This document shows positions 9,289-21,873 of a stretch of 64,000 bases of DNA, piece after piece; position 1 is the stretch's first letter, and the number at the start of each line of letters is the position of its first letter. A program made the position numbers and the translations under genes. The notes below the pieces were generated by a model that saw only the letters and a list, made by a program, of their open reading frames with translations, was not told the origin of the DNA and made no database searches. Source of the DNA: Psychrobium sp. (lineage in GTDB: Bacteria > Pseudomonadota > Gammaproteobacteria > Enterobacterales > Psychrobiaceae); contig JBMYWG010000005.1 of the NCBI GenBank assembly GCA_049607155.1, positions 6,157-70,156 of the forward strand. The letters run 5' to 3'.

Positions 9289-9360
9289 TATCCGGTAACT
9301 TTTCAGGAGATTTTCTGCTGGAAAGATGATGATTCTGCCAGCGGTTATAACGTTAAGAAA

Positions 9361-9390
9361 AAACCTCTGGCTCACCAGAGGTTTTTTTAT
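9361..9390 (+). terminator. his attenuator (leader terminator)
   Basis: AAACCTCTGG-ctca-CCAGAGGTTT followed by TTTTAT, ending 3 nt before the hisG ATG. The upstream TGCCAG (about 9337) could pair with CTGGC of the left arm as an antiterminator. Confidence 0.75.
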
Positions 9391-9392
9391 TT

Positions 9393-10304
9393 ATGGAGCA
9401 ACAAAATATGCCAACGAGCAACAGATTACGCATCGCGATTCAAAAGAAAGGCCGCTTATCAGACGAAGCGAAAAAACTGCTTAAGGGCAGCGGAATTAAA
9501 TTTAATACCAATTCACAGCGCCTGATTGCTCACTGTACTAACGAGCCAATTGATTTATTGCTTGTTCGCGATGATGACATTCCGACATTAGTCATGGATG
9601 GCGTGGTTGATCTGGGGATCATTGGCGAAAACGAGCTGGAAGAAACAGAGTTAGAGCGTATCGCCGCTAATGCGCCAAGTGAGTACGACGTTCTCAAACG
9701 TCTCGATTTTGGTGGTTGTCGTTTATCCCTCGCTATTCCAACAGAAATTGAATATAGCGGCGTACAATCGTTTGAAGGCCAGCGTATTGCTACTTCATAC
9801 CCTCACCTGTTAAAGCGCTACCTTGATAGCCAAAACGTTAGCTTCACACCAGTCGCCTTAAAAGGATCCGTTGAAGTTGCGCCGCGCGCTGGTATCGCCG
9901 ATGCAATCTGTGACTTAGTATCAACGGGTGCGACACTTGAGGCTAACGGCCTTAAAGAAGCACAAATATTCTTTGAAAGCCAAGCAGTACTTATAAAATC
10001 AAAAACCGTGTTATGCGACGAGAAACAAGCGCTGCTGGATAAGCTAATGACCCGTTTTAACGGTGTCATTCAAGCGCGCGAATCAAAATATATTATGCTG
10101 CACGCACCAAAAGACAATATCGATAAGATTGTTTCCTTGCTCCCTTGCGCCGAAAACCCAACGATTTTACCTACCAGTGATGACAGCATGGTTGCCGTGC
10201 ACGCCGTAAGTAGTGAAACGCTATTTTGGGAAACCATGGAACAGCTCAAATCATTAGGCGCAAGCTCTATTCTAGTGATGCCAATCGAGAAGATGTTGGG
10301 ATAG
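9393..10304 (+). CDS. hisG: ATP phosphoribosyltransferase, long form
   Basis: 303 aa beginning ..[13 protein letters not shown]. It is the first gene of the colinear his operon. Confidence 0.95.
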   Translation: MEQQNMPTSNRLRIAIQKKGRLSDEAKKLLKGSGIKFNTNSQRLIAHCTNEPIDLLLVRDDDIPTLVMDGVVDLGIIGENELEETELERIAANAPSEYDVLKRLDFGGCRLSLAIPTEIEYSGVQSFEGQRIATSYPHLLKRYLDSQNVSFTPVALKGSVEVAPRAGIADAICDLVSTGATLEANGLKEAQIFFESQAVLIKSKTVLCDEKQALLDKLMTRFNGVIQARESKYIMLHAPKDNIDKIVSLLPCAENPTILPTSDDSMVAVHAVSSETLFWETMEQLKSLGASSILVMPIEKMLG

Positions 10305-10307
10305 ATT

Positions 10308-11594
10308 ATGCAGATTTTAAACTGGGGATCGTTATCGAATGACGAGCAAGCAAGGCAGCTATCGCGCCCTGCCCTTGAAGACTCGGCGATGCTGCAAACT
10401 CAAGTCAGTAATATTATCGACAATGTGCGCCTCAATGGCGATGACGCACTTCGCGAGTACGCTGCGCGCTTTGATAATATTGAACTTGAAGCCATGGCTA
10501 TTACACAGGAGCAACTAACCGCCGCAACAGCCAATATTGACGATGAGCTTAAGCAAGCCATTGAGCTTGCCAAAAACAACATCGAAACCTTCCACACGGC
10601 GCAAAAGCAAAGTGATGTTAGCCTAGAAACTATGCCCGGCGTGCAATGTGAACTTCGCACGCAGCCACTACGCAGCGTTGGCCTTTACGCCCCCGGCGGC
10701 ACGGCACCATTACCGTCAACAGTGTTAATGACTGCCGTCCCAGCTAAAATCGCTGGTTGTCAGCAGATTGTATTGTGTAGCCCGCCGCCAATATCTGATG
10801 TCATCTTATATACAGCGCAGCTGTGTGGCGTCGATACCATTTATCAAATTGGCGGCGCACAAGCTGTCGCAGCAATGGCCTTTGGCACCCAAACCGTGCC
10901 AAGCGTCGATAAAATTTATGGCCCCGGCAATAAGTTTGTTACCGAAGCTAAGAAGCAGGTATCTAATGCCGTCGGCGGTGCTGGCATTGATATGCCAGCA
11001 GGCCCATCGGAAGTGCTAGTCATTGCTGATAACAACGCCAATGCCGATTTTGTTGCAGCAGATTTATTATCACAAGCTGAGCACGGTATTGATTCGCAAA
11101 CTATTTTACTCACCGAAAGTGAAAATTTAGCAAAACGTGTTGCTATCGCTATAGACGAGCAATTGGCGAAATTGTCGCGTAATGACATTGCCACAGCAGC
11201 ATTAGCGCACAGCAAAATCATTGTTTGTGAATCTATTGCACAAACCATTGAAGTCTCAAATAGCTACGCGCCAGAACACTTGATTATTCAAACGGAAAAT
11301 CCACGTGATGTGCTCGCCAATATTTACGCTGCTGGCTCAGTATTCTTAGGCAAGTGGAGCCCAGAGTCAGCGGGTGATTACGCCAGCGGCACCAACCACG
11401 TACTACCGACTTATGGCATGTGTAGCAGTTATTCAAGCTTAAGTTTGGCAGATTTTTCACGCCGATTTACGGTGCAAGAGCTAAGTTTCGACGGACTAAA
11501 ATCACTAGAGCGCTCAATAGTGCCACTGGCGATGGCCGAAGGCTTAGACGCCCACGCCAATGCTGTGACTATACGTTTGCAACAAGGAGCCTAA
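10308..11594 (+). CDS. hisD: Histidinol dehydrogenase
   Basis: 428 aa containing the SQAEHG and GDYASGTNHVLPT motifs. Confidence 0.96.
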   Translation: MQILNWGSLSNDEQARQLSRPALEDSAMLQTQVSNIIDNVRLNGDDALREYAARFDNIELEAMAITQEQLTAATANIDDELKQAIELAKNNIETFHTAQKQSDVSLETMPGVQCELRTQPLRSVGLYAPGGTAPLPSTVLMTAVPAKIAGCQQIVLCSPPPISDVILYTAQLCGVDTIYQIGGAQAVAAMAFGTQTVPSVDKIYGPGNKFVTEAKKQVSNAVGGAGIDMPAGPSEVLVIADNNANADFVAADLLSQAEHGIDSQTILLTESENLAKRVAIAIDEQLAKLSRNDIATAALAHSKIIVCESIAQTIEVSNSYAPEHLIIQTENPRDVLANIYAAGSVFLGKWSPESAGDYASGTNHVLPTYGMCSSYSSLSLADFSRRFTVQELSFDGLKSLERSIVPLAMAEGLDAHANAVTIRLQQGA

Positions 11595-11595
11595 G

Positions 11596-12663
11596 ATGTA
11601 TTCACTGATTAATCGACTGGCTCGCCCAGAATTATTAACCATGACGCCTTATCAATCGGCGCGCCGCATTGGTGGTAGTGGTGATATTTGGCTTAATGCC
11701 AATGAATCACCGTTTTGTAATGCCGAGCCTGCGTATAATCGCTACCCAGAATTTCAGCCACAAGCGCTCATTGACAATTACGCGGCATATAGCCAATTAG
11801 ATGCAGCCCAAGTGTTAGCGTCTCGAGGCGCTGACGAGGCAATTGAGCTGCTTATTCGTACCTTCTGTGTGCCGGGTAAAGATAAAATCACCATTTGTAC
11901 GCCAACTTATGGCATGTACGCCATTAGCGCCGCGACCTGCAATGTCGCCGTCAATGAAGTGCCGCTTACCAGTGATTGGCAATTAGACGATAACTTAGTC
12001 GATAAACTCGATGACTCATCGCTGTTGTTTATCTGTAATCCTAATAATCCAACAGGCTCGACAATTAGCGTTGATACCATTGAAGCGATTATTCAAGCCT
12101 GTAGCGAAAAATGCATCGTGGTGGTAGATGAAGCTTATATTGAGTTTTCGCCACAGCTCACCAGTGCCAAACTCATTAATCAATACAGCAACCTTGTGGT
12201 ATTGCGTACCTTGTCAAAAGCCTTTGGTTTAGCAGGTTTGCGCTGTGGTTTTATGCTCAGTAACGAGTATCTCATTAACCTTGTGAAAAAGGTGATTGCT
12301 CCTTATCCAATTCCTGGGCCTGTTGGAGATATTGCCGCCAAAGCACTCTCGCCTGATGGCGTCAGCCTGATGCGCAATCAAGTTGCAACGCTAAATACCT
12401 TAGCCAACGAGTTTACGCAGAATGTTGAGAAGTTAGAGGGCGTAGAAGCTGTTTATCCATCTGGCGCCAACTTCGTATTAGTGCGTTTTAATGACGATAG
12501 TTGGTTTGATGTATTAGCTAAACAAGGCATCGTGGTGCGCAACCAATCAAAAGTGCCAACATTGGAGCGCTGTTTGCGTTTTAGCATTGGCGACACCGAA
12601 GAAATGAAGCGCCTTACTCAAGTATTAACCGAGACGGCACAGCAATTAGCGCCGCAGATATAA
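11596..12663 (+). CDS. hisC: Histidinol-phosphate aminotransferase
   Basis: 355 aa. The class-II aminotransferase PLP-lysine context is LRTLSKAFGLAGLRCG. Confidence 0.95.
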   Translation: MYSLINRLARPELLTMTPYQSARRIGGSGDIWLNANESPFCNAEPAYNRYPEFQPQALIDNYAAYSQLDAAQVLASRGADEAIELLIRTFCVPGKDKITICTPTYGMYAISAATCNVAVNEVPLTSDWQLDDNLVDKLDDSSLLFICNPNNPTGSTISVDTIEAIIQACSEKCIVVVDEAYIEFSPQLTSAKLINQYSNLVVLRTLSKAFGLAGLRCGFMLSNEYLINLVKKVIAPYPIPGPVGDIAAKALSPDGVSLMRNQVATLNTLANEFTQNVEKLEGVEAVYPSGANFVLVRFNDDSWFDVLAKQGIVVRNQSKVPTLERCLRFSIGDTEEMKRLTQVLTETAQQLAPQI

Positions 12664-12678
12664 CAAAGAGAATAGTCA

Positions 12679-13745
12679 ATGAGAAGCAAGATTTTATTTA
12701 TCGATCGCGACGGTACCCTCGTTGAAGAGCCGCCAATTGATAAGCAGTTAGACACCCTAGAAAAGCTGGTCTTTGAGCCTAATGTCATGCCGGTGTTGCT
12801 CCAATTACAAGCCGCTGGTTATGAGCTGATTATGGTATCGAATCAAGATGGCTTAGGGACAGATAGTTTCCCACAAGCTGATTTTGATCTGCCCCACGAT
12901 AAAATGATGGATATCTTTAGCTCACAAGGTATTACCTTTAGTGAAGTATTGATTTGCCCACACTTTGATCACGAAGATTGTAGTTGCCGTAAACCGCGTT
13001 TGGGGCTGGTTAAAGATTTACTGCAACAGGGCCGTGTCGATTTTGAAAACAGCTATGTCATTGGCGATCGCGACACCGACGTTGAGCTTGCCAATAACAT
13101 GGGTATTCAATCATTTAAATACGATCGTCAAACCCTCAATTGGGACATGATTGCCCGCGCCCTTACCGTCAAAGAGCGCACAGCACAGGTGGTACGCAAC
13201 ACTAATGAAACGCAAATTAGCGTTGGCGTAAATCTTGATAAACAAGGCGGCAGCCAAATTAGCACTGGTATTGGCTTTTTCGATCACATGCTCGATCAAA
13301 TTGCCACTCACGGCGGCTTTGAGTTAAACGCGCAAGTGACAGGCGATTTGCACATCGACGATCACCACACCGTTGAAGATACGGCCATTGCGCTAGGCAA
13401 TGCGCTAGCTAAGGCCCTTGGCGATAAACGTGGTATTGGCCGCTTTGGCTTTACCCTGCCAATGGATGAGTGTTTGTGTACTTGTGCCCTTGATTTATCG
13501 GGTCGCGGCTGGCTTGAATTTGACGCCAATTTTGCCAACGAGCGCGTTGGTGAACTCGCCACTGAAATGGTGCCACATTTCTTCCACTCGCTATCGAGTG
13601 CCATGGCAGCAACGCTACACATCAAAGGTGAAGGTAAAAATACCCACCACCTTGTGGAAGGGATTTTTAAAGCCTTTGGCCGCACGTTGCGCCAAGCGAT
13701 AAAGATTGAAGGTAACGAACTACCAAGCAGTAAGGGTGTGTTGTA

Positions 13746-13746
<1 letters not shown>
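12679..13746 (+). CDS. hisB: Bifunctional histidinol-phosphatase / imidazoleglycerol-phosphate dehydratase
   Basis: N-terminal HAD motif FIDRDGTL, with C-terminal IGPD His-rich motifs ([14 protein letters not shown]). Confidence 0.96.
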
Positions 13747-15842
<2,096 letters not shown>

Positions 15843-15849
<7 letters not shown>

Positions 15850-16451
15850 ATAACATCGAGCAATTAGATTGGGATAAAGTCGATGGCATGATGCCTGCCA
15901 TCATACAAGATAGTTTTAGCGGTGTTGTTTTGATGCTCGGGTATATGAATCAAGATGCCTTAGCCAAAACACTTGAAACTGAAAAAGTGACCTTTTTCTC
16001 ACGCACTAAAAACCGCTTGTGGACCAAAGGCGAAACCTCCAACGACTATTTACACGTCAAAGACATTAGTGTTGATTGTGACAACGACACACTATTGATT
16101 ATGGCAGCGCCGGCTGGGCCAACCTGTCATTTAGGCAATCAAAGCTGCTTTAACGATAGCAAAGGCTTTGATCTTGATTTCATTAGCCAACTGAACAGTG
16201 TAATCGGCGCGCGTTATGACGATCGCGACGAGTCGAGTTACACCGCTTCGCTATTTAATCGCGGGGTTAAGCGCATGGCGCAAAAAGTGGGTGAAGAAGG
16301 TGTTGAGGTAGCGCTGGCTGCAGCAACCGATGATCGCGAAGAGCTGATTAACGAATCATCTGATCTACTTTACCACCTACTCGTATTACTGCGCGGTAAG
16401 GATGTTTCTCTTACTAAGATAATGGACAATCTACGTAGCCGCCATAAATAA
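15843..16451 (+). CDS. hisI: Bifunctional phosphoribosyl-AMP cyclohydrolase / phosphoribosyl-ATP pyrophosphatase
   Basis: 202 aa with an N-terminal HisI part (..[16 protein letters not shown]) and a C-terminal HisE part ([19 protein letters not shown]). Confidence 0.94.
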
Positions 16452-16475
16452 GCCAACTAAAATCTCATTGACAAT

Positions 16476-16507
16476 TCAGCGTCGAAAATAACGACGCTGA
16501 ACTTTTC
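16476..16507 (+). terminator. Candidate his operon terminator
   Basis: TCAGCGTCG-aaaataa-CGACGCTGA followed by ACTTTTC. Confidence 0.6.
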
Positions 16508-16564
16508 AGACTAAGATCTCCAAAACTTAACATTCCACTACCAATATGGGCTGTTAGTGATATT

Positions 16565-18376
16565 ATGCGAATGTTTAGTCATTTTCGCGCAATAATCATA
16601 ATAACAATGCTCGTCAGATCCTTACTCACATTTTGCCTATTATCCTTGTTGTTCTTGGCTAATATTGTTGTGGCTGGCGCAAGTGGTAATTCAAATGCTG
16701 TAGTTAAATACAAGCAACTCATCGACATCGTTCATCTCAACGACAACGCCAATAGCCAATTTGTGAATAACCTATTCAATGAATTAGAGTCAGCTAACTA
16801 CAAAGGTATTCGCGCGCCGATGTACGGCCTAATTGCCAAGCTTGAGACAAATAACGGTAATGTCGATAAAGCAAAAATAGCGTTAGAGCGGGCAATTTCA
16901 GCCCTCAATAAAACCGCTAGTCACAGTTATCAAATCGATGCTCTAAATCATATCAGCTGGGTCTATATCAACGGTGGTGATTACGCTTCAGCTATATACT
17001 ACTTGCAACGAATGGTCGATTACGCCTACGAGCACAAACACATGCGTGGCCAAGCAATAGCACTTAATCGCCTTGGCCAGTGTTATATTGAGCTAGGTCT
17101 TAGCTCGTTGGCGTTCCCGCCACTAGAAACAGCACTTAGCATTTCCAAACAATACGAATTTGAAAATACTGAGCTGCTCGCCCTGCTCTATCTAGCTAAT
17201 GCAGCGCTCACTAGCGATAAAATGACACCACAAGAAATTCTTGCAATAGTTGACCAAGCGACCTTAATCACTAAGCGCATGAACTATGGCGAAGGTTATA
17301 TCGATCGTTTACGCGGCCTCACCTATCAAAATGTGCCACAGCACGATATTGCTCAACAATGGCTGCAAAAATCACTCGCTTTTGCCACCAGTGAACATGA
17401 CGTAAGACTCTTGCGTTTAATTAACTATGACTTAGCGCAGTTTTACTTCATGCAACATCAAGAAGAGCTTGCATTAAGTCACGCGCAAAGCAGCTTGATG
17501 TATGCCAAACGCCTCAATCATCAGGCAGGCATTGCCAAACTGCACTATCTGCTTAGCCAAATTTATCACCGACAACAAGATAGCTCTCAAGCGTATGCAA
17601 ACTTGTCAGCCTACACCGAGTTTCTCCGCTCTGACAGCAACCGCAATGCCATAAGCCTACTTACGTTAATGGACAAACGCATAAACGGTCTGCGTCAGCA
17701 AAACAAGATGGTTGAATTAGAAAATAACCTACTGTCTACAGATCTCGCGGCACAAAAAGCCTATAACGAACGCCATACAACGGTTATCTGGTTAATGGCA
17801 GCATTATTTGTGTTTATTAGCCTGTCTGTTTCGCTGTTTATTCGCCATCGCATGATGTCGATGAAAGTAGCGATATCAATGAAAGACGCTTTAACTGGTG
17901 CGTATGCCAGAAGCTACCTTAAACACTTTTTACCCTTGGTAAAAAACACCTTGGCCAAAGAACGTGATTTCAATAATTCATTTGGCATTATGCTCATCGA
18001 TTGTGACGACTTTAAACTCATTAATGATCAGTTCGGCCATGGCGGTGGCGATGTTGCGCTTAAAGCTATAGTAACAACCATTAACCAGGAAATTCGCAGT
18101 CAGGACACCTTGTTTAGATGGGGTGGCGATGAGTTTGTCTTAATGTGTCAATCGGTTTCAAAATCACAACTTAAAGAAATATCCACCCGCATCAATAAAG
18201 CGGTAAGCAGTTTAGCTGTCGATTATGGCAATAGTGAAATTCGTCCGACGATTTCCATTGGTTATGCGCTGCACTCTCATGATGAAAGTTTCAACCTCGA
18301 CGAATTATTAAAAATTGCTGATGATTACCTTTACCAAAGTAAGCGTGCAGGCAAGAATGCCGCATTCGGTATCTAA
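16565..18376 (+). CDS. Membrane-anchored TPR-repeat diguanylate cyclase (GGDEF)
   Basis: 603 aa. An N-terminal hydrophobic segment is followed by a long TPR-like helical-repeat region, a TM helix (VIWLMAALFVFISLSVSLFI) and a GGDEF domain. The domain has an intact active site (RWGGDEF) and an RxxD I-site (RSQD) 5 residues upstream. Confidence 0.85.
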   Translation: MRMFSHFRAIIIITMLVRSLLTFCLLSLLFLANIVVAGASGNSNAVVKYKQLIDIVHLNDNANSQFVNNLFNELESANYKGIRAPMYGLIAKLETNNGNVDKAKIALERAISALNKTASHSYQIDALNHISWVYINGGDYASAIYYLQRMVDYAYEHKHMRGQAIALNRLGQCYIELGLSSLAFPPLETALSISKQYEFENTELLALLYLANAALTSDKMTPQEILAIVDQATLITKRMNYGEGYIDRLRGLTYQNVPQHDIAQQWLQKSLAFATSEHDVRLLRLINYDLAQFYFMQHQEELALSHAQSSLMYAKRLNHQAGIAKLHYLLSQIYHRQQDSSQAYANLSAYTEFLRSDSNRNAISLLTLMDKRINGLRQQNKMVELENNLLSTDLAAQKAYNERHTTVIWLMAALFVFISLSVSLFIRHRMMSMKVAISMKDALTGAYARSYLKHFLPLVKNTLAKERDFNNSFGIMLIDCDDFKLINDQFGHGGGDVALKAIVTTINQEIRSQDTLFRWGGDEFVLMCQSVSKSQLKEISTRINKAVSSLAVDYGNSEIRPTISIGYALHSHDESFNLDELLKIADDYLYQSKRAGKNAAFGI

Positions 18377-18475
18377 CCCATTGTTAATCTATAAAGTGCT
18401 ACACAATTTGTTGCGTATTAACGCTTTTCACCCATCCAACTTTCAATAATAATATCCTCTTTTTATTGATGAGTT

Positions 18476-20296
18476 TTGATTATGCGATCTTCGCTGCAAT
18501 GGCCTTACCGTGCACTATGTCTTAGCCTATTAACTTCTAGCGCAGTGTTCTCAGCGCAGATAGCCTCTGCTAAAGAATTCGTTATTAATGAGCCAGCTAC
18601 TCTTTTGCCACCCACTCTGCCTTGGCATGGTGCCAGCGAAGCACTAGTCAACAATGATCCCAAATGGCAAACGCCCGCAGAGCGCAATGATTTTGTCAAC
18701 ACGCCATCTTATGGCGAAACCATCGACTATTTAGAAAAGCTAGCTGAAAAGTCCGATTTAATTAAACTGTCTTACTTTGGCAAAAGCACGCTGGGTAAGC
18801 CGCTAATGCTAGTACATGTTTCATCTGACTTTAACGCTAAATCGCGTCCTAAAGTGTTAGCGCAGGCGGGCATACACTCTGGCGAAATCGACGGTAAAGA
18901 CGCAGGTTTAATGCTGGTGCGTGACATTGTATTGGGTAAACAAGCTAATTTAGTTGAGGATGTCGACTTACTCTTCGTGCCGATTTTCAACGCCGACGGT
19001 CACGAAAATAAATCCAAATATCATCGCGTGAATCAACGTGGTCCGAGCAATATGGGCTGGCGCGCAACCTCACAAAACCTTAATCTGAACCGCGATTACG
19101 CCAAAATAAAAAGCGTCGAAATGGCGGCAATGATCAAACTATTAAATAAGTATCAGCCAAGTCTCTACCTTGATTTACACGTTACTGACGGCGTAGATTA
19201 CCAGTACGATATTACCTACGGAACCATTAAGAGTCATAGCTATTCACCTGAAATCGCTAAATGGTTTGATAATTTCTACCGCCCAACAGTAGACACGGCT
19301 TTATCAACCATGGGGCATATTCCCGGTGATTTAGTTTTTGCAATGGATAACCGTAATATCGAAAAAGGTATCGCCGGCTGGAGTCCTGGCCAACGCTACA
19401 GTGACGGCTATGGCGCTACCCGCCATATTCCAACCGTATTAGTCGAAAATCACTCGTTAAAGCCTTATAAACAGCGTGTTCTAGGAACATATGTATTAAT
19501 TGAGTCATCGTTAAAAGCTGTTGCAGCTCATCAAAAACATTTGTCCAAAGCCATCGCTAGCGATAAAAGCTCAAGACCAGATGAGTTACCTCTGACTTGG
19601 GGCTACAACAAACCAAGAACCGTAGCCTTTAAAGGCATAACCTACCAACATTTTGACGATGAAATTTCAGGCACGCAGCAAGTCAAATGGACGGGTAAAG
19701 CGAAAACATATCAAATGCCGTGGTTTGATCGTAATGTACCGAAGCTGGTCACTAAGTTACCAAAATCCTATTGGATTTTGCCGCAGTATACCAATGCTAT
19801 CTCGAGGCTTAAGCAACATAGCATTAAAACAAACACCTTAACTGCGCCGCGCACGATTATGTTAGAAAGCTTAAGTGTTGCAAACTCAGAGTTTGCCAAA
19901 GCCCCTTATGAAGGTGAAATGCGTGTTAAAGCGACCTTTAACAGTCATAAAAGTGATATTGAACTTCCCGCTGGCAGTGTTGAAGTATCTCTCGATCAGC
20001 CTTTAGGTAAGTTAGCATTCGCTTTATTAGAGCCACAATCACCTGATTCTCTGTTTCATTGGGGATTTTTTAACACCATTTTTCAACGCACGGAATATAT
20101 TGAAGGTTATGCCGTGGTGCCTATGGCTCAACAAATGTTGGCGCAATCACCAGCACTTAAAAAGGCATTTGAAGAGAAACTGAAAACCGATAAGGAATTT
20201 GCAGACAATCCACGGGCTCGTCTTGCATGGATTTATCGTCAGTCACCATTCTATGATAAGGCCCATGGCCGCTATCCTGTATATCGTCAATGGTAG
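18476..20296 (+). CDS. Secreted M14-family zinc carboxypeptidase
   Basis: 606 aa with a signal peptide (..SSAVFSAQIASA). Zinc-ligand contexts are GIHSGEIDG (HxxE) and NADGHEN. The start may be TTG 18476 or ATG 18482. Confidence 0.8.
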   Translation: MIMRSSLQWPYRALCLSLLTSSAVFSAQIASAKEFVINEPATLLPPTLPWHGASEALVNNDPKWQTPAERNDFVNTPSYGETIDYLEKLAEKSDLIKLSYFGKSTLGKPLMLVHVSSDFNAKSRPKVLAQAGIHSGEIDGKDAGLMLVRDIVLGKQANLVEDVDLLFVPIFNADGHENKSKYHRVNQRGPSNMGWRATSQNLNLNRDYAKIKSVEMAAMIKLLNKYQPSLYLDLHVTDGVDYQYDITYGTIKSHSYSPEIAKWFDNFYRPTVDTALSTMGHIPGDLVFAMDNRNIEKGIAGWSPGQRYSDGYGATRHIPTVLVENHSLKPYKQRVLGTYVLIESSLKAVAAHQKHLSKAIASDKSSRPDELPLTWGYNKPRTVAFKGITYQHFDDEISGTQQVKWTGKAKTYQMPWFDRNVPKLVTKLPKSYWILPQYTNAISRLKQHSIKTNTLTAPRTIMLESLSVANSEFAKAPYEGEMRVKATFNSHKSDIELPAGSVEVSLDQPLGKLAFALLEPQSPDSLFHWGFFNTIFQRTEYIEGYAVVPMAQQMLAQSPALKKAFEEKLKTDKEFADNPRARLAWIYRQSPFYDKAHGRYPVYRQW

Positions 20297-20322
20297 CTAA
20301 TCGAAATGGCATATAAGCCAAG

Positions 20323-21162
20323 TTAAGGGACATATTTGGCAATAATCTTTTCTAAGGCATTTTCTCGTTTAACCGCAGCTAATGCCTTATCGAATCGCTT
20401 CACGAAATCTTTTTTGTATTTGAAACGACCATGCTCATCACTGCTATAACCAATATGAGCAGATTGCACCATCACTTCTATGGTTTGATGAATATGATTA
20501 AAATTCACCGAGTCATCTTGCGCGCTTAATTGTTTTAACACCCACTTCGTTGATAAAGGATCATTGAGATAACAGTCGATGCGCTGATTAATCAACTTCA
20601 TCACATTTGCTTTGGTGCTGCGGTTTTCCCAAATTCGGATCAGCCCTTGTCCTTGTGCCTGACTCAAGCGCTCATTAAGAATTAAGTATCCTGCATTAAT
20701 ACCGACATTTAGCGGTGTGTCACGCGCATCGTCATTACCTACTAAATGAGATCTAATGTCGACAGAATCGTGACAATGAGCAACAACCCGCTCATAAGCT
20801 AAGGCAGCAGAGTACGGCCAAATATAATCTCGTTTATGGGTGTGAATATAAGGAGGAATAATCGCAAACGCTTTGCCAAGTTTCACTTCTTGTAACGCAC
20901 GCTTCCATGGCATCGCAACGAAATTCACTTGGTAATCTTTGGCTAACCGCTGTGCCGCTAAGGATATTAAATCGACGTAAATACCTTTAACTTGGCCGTC
21001 TTCAAGATAGGAATAAGGTGGATAGCTATCGTCCGCCACTATGGTAACAAGCTGCTGTTTGGCATGACTAACATTTATGAACAGTGAACAACCAATAAAC
21101 ACCAGCGCTTTTAGCGTTATGTTCGAATATGCGTTATTCATTACATTGGCTCTCACTGTCAC
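20323..21162 (-). CDS. Orphan periplasmic solute-binding protein (family 3-like)
   Basis: 279 aa with a signal peptide. The opening DDSYPPYSYLEDGQVKGIYVDL is typical of SBP_bac_3 proteins. No adjacent permease or ATPase gene is present. Confidence 0.6.
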   Translation of the reverse strand: MTVRANVMNNAYSNITLKALVFIGCSLFINVSHAKQQLVTIVADDSYPPYSYLEDGQVKGIYVDLISLAAQRLAKDYQVNFVAMPWKRALQEVKLGKAFAIIPPYIHTHKRDYIWPYSAALAYERVVAHCHDSVDIRSHLVGNDDARDTPLNVGINAGYLILNERLSQAQGQGLIRIWENRSTKANVMKLINQRIDCYLNDPLSTKWVLKQLSAQDDSVNFNHIHQTIEVMVQSAHIGYSSDEHGRFKYKKDFVKRFDKALAAVKRENALEKIIAKYVP

Positions 21163-21222
21163 TGACTATATATTCAGCGTAGCGCTAATTAGTCCTTGCG
21201 CCAAGTAATATAATGCACTAAC

Positions 21223-21759
21223 TCATGAATTTTTCTTATTTTTTGCCTTTAGCGCTTTTTTCTCAGCTCGGCGGCGACTGAAAAAGTCGCTAATAATAGT
21301 GCCGCACTCTGATGCCATTACCCCTGAGGTCACTTCCACCTGATGGTTATGCTTAGCATCATTAATCAGCGCGAATGCAGAGCCTGCCGCACCAGTTTTT
21401 AAATCGTCAGCACCGTACACTACGCGTTTGATACGACTGTGCACTATAGCACCAGAACACATACAACAGGGCTCTAAGGTCACATATAAGGTCGCGTCTA
21501 GCAGACGATAGTTCTCTATTTTCTCGCCACCAGTGCGTAGCGCCATCACTTCGGCGTGTGCACAAGGATCGTTATTATTAATCACTAGATTATAACCTTC
21601 GCCAATCACCTGATTATCTAGCACCAATACAGCGCCAACCGGTACTTCATTGACCTGCTGCGCCTTATCAGCCAATGCAAGCGCATAGCTCATCCAATAC
21701 TGATCGCAGTCTTCAACGGACAGTTGACTAAGCTCATCGCTAGTTAATGGTAAGTTCAT
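21223..21759 (-). CDS. tadA: tRNA adenosine(34) deaminase
   Basis: 178 aa with the CMP/dCMP deaminase zinc motifs CAHAE and PCCMCSGA. Confidence 0.9.
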   Translation of the reverse strand: MNLPLTSDELSQLSVEDCDQYWMSYALALADKAQQVNEVPVGAVLVLDNQVIGEGYNLVINNNDPCAHAEVMALRTGGEKIENYRLLDATLYVTLEPCCMCSGAIVHSRIKRVVYGADDLKTGAAGSAFALINDAKHNHQVEVTSGVMASECGTIISDFFSRRRAEKKALKAKNKKNS

Positions 21760-21783
21760 AGTTGGTTATCACTGACTAAAAAT

Positions 21784-21820
21784 AAAAAACGCCGAACATT
21801 ATCGCTATGTTCGGCGTTTT
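21784..21820 (-). terminator. Intrinsic terminator downstream of guaA
   Basis: ACGCCGAACA...TGTTCGGCGT hairpin flanked by A and T runs. The minus-strand read gives the stem followed by UUUUUUAUU. Confidence 0.75.
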
Positions 21821-21873
21821 ATCAACAGTTAACTGCTTTTTTCAAAGTAAAAGCAATTATTTTTAAGCAGGGA

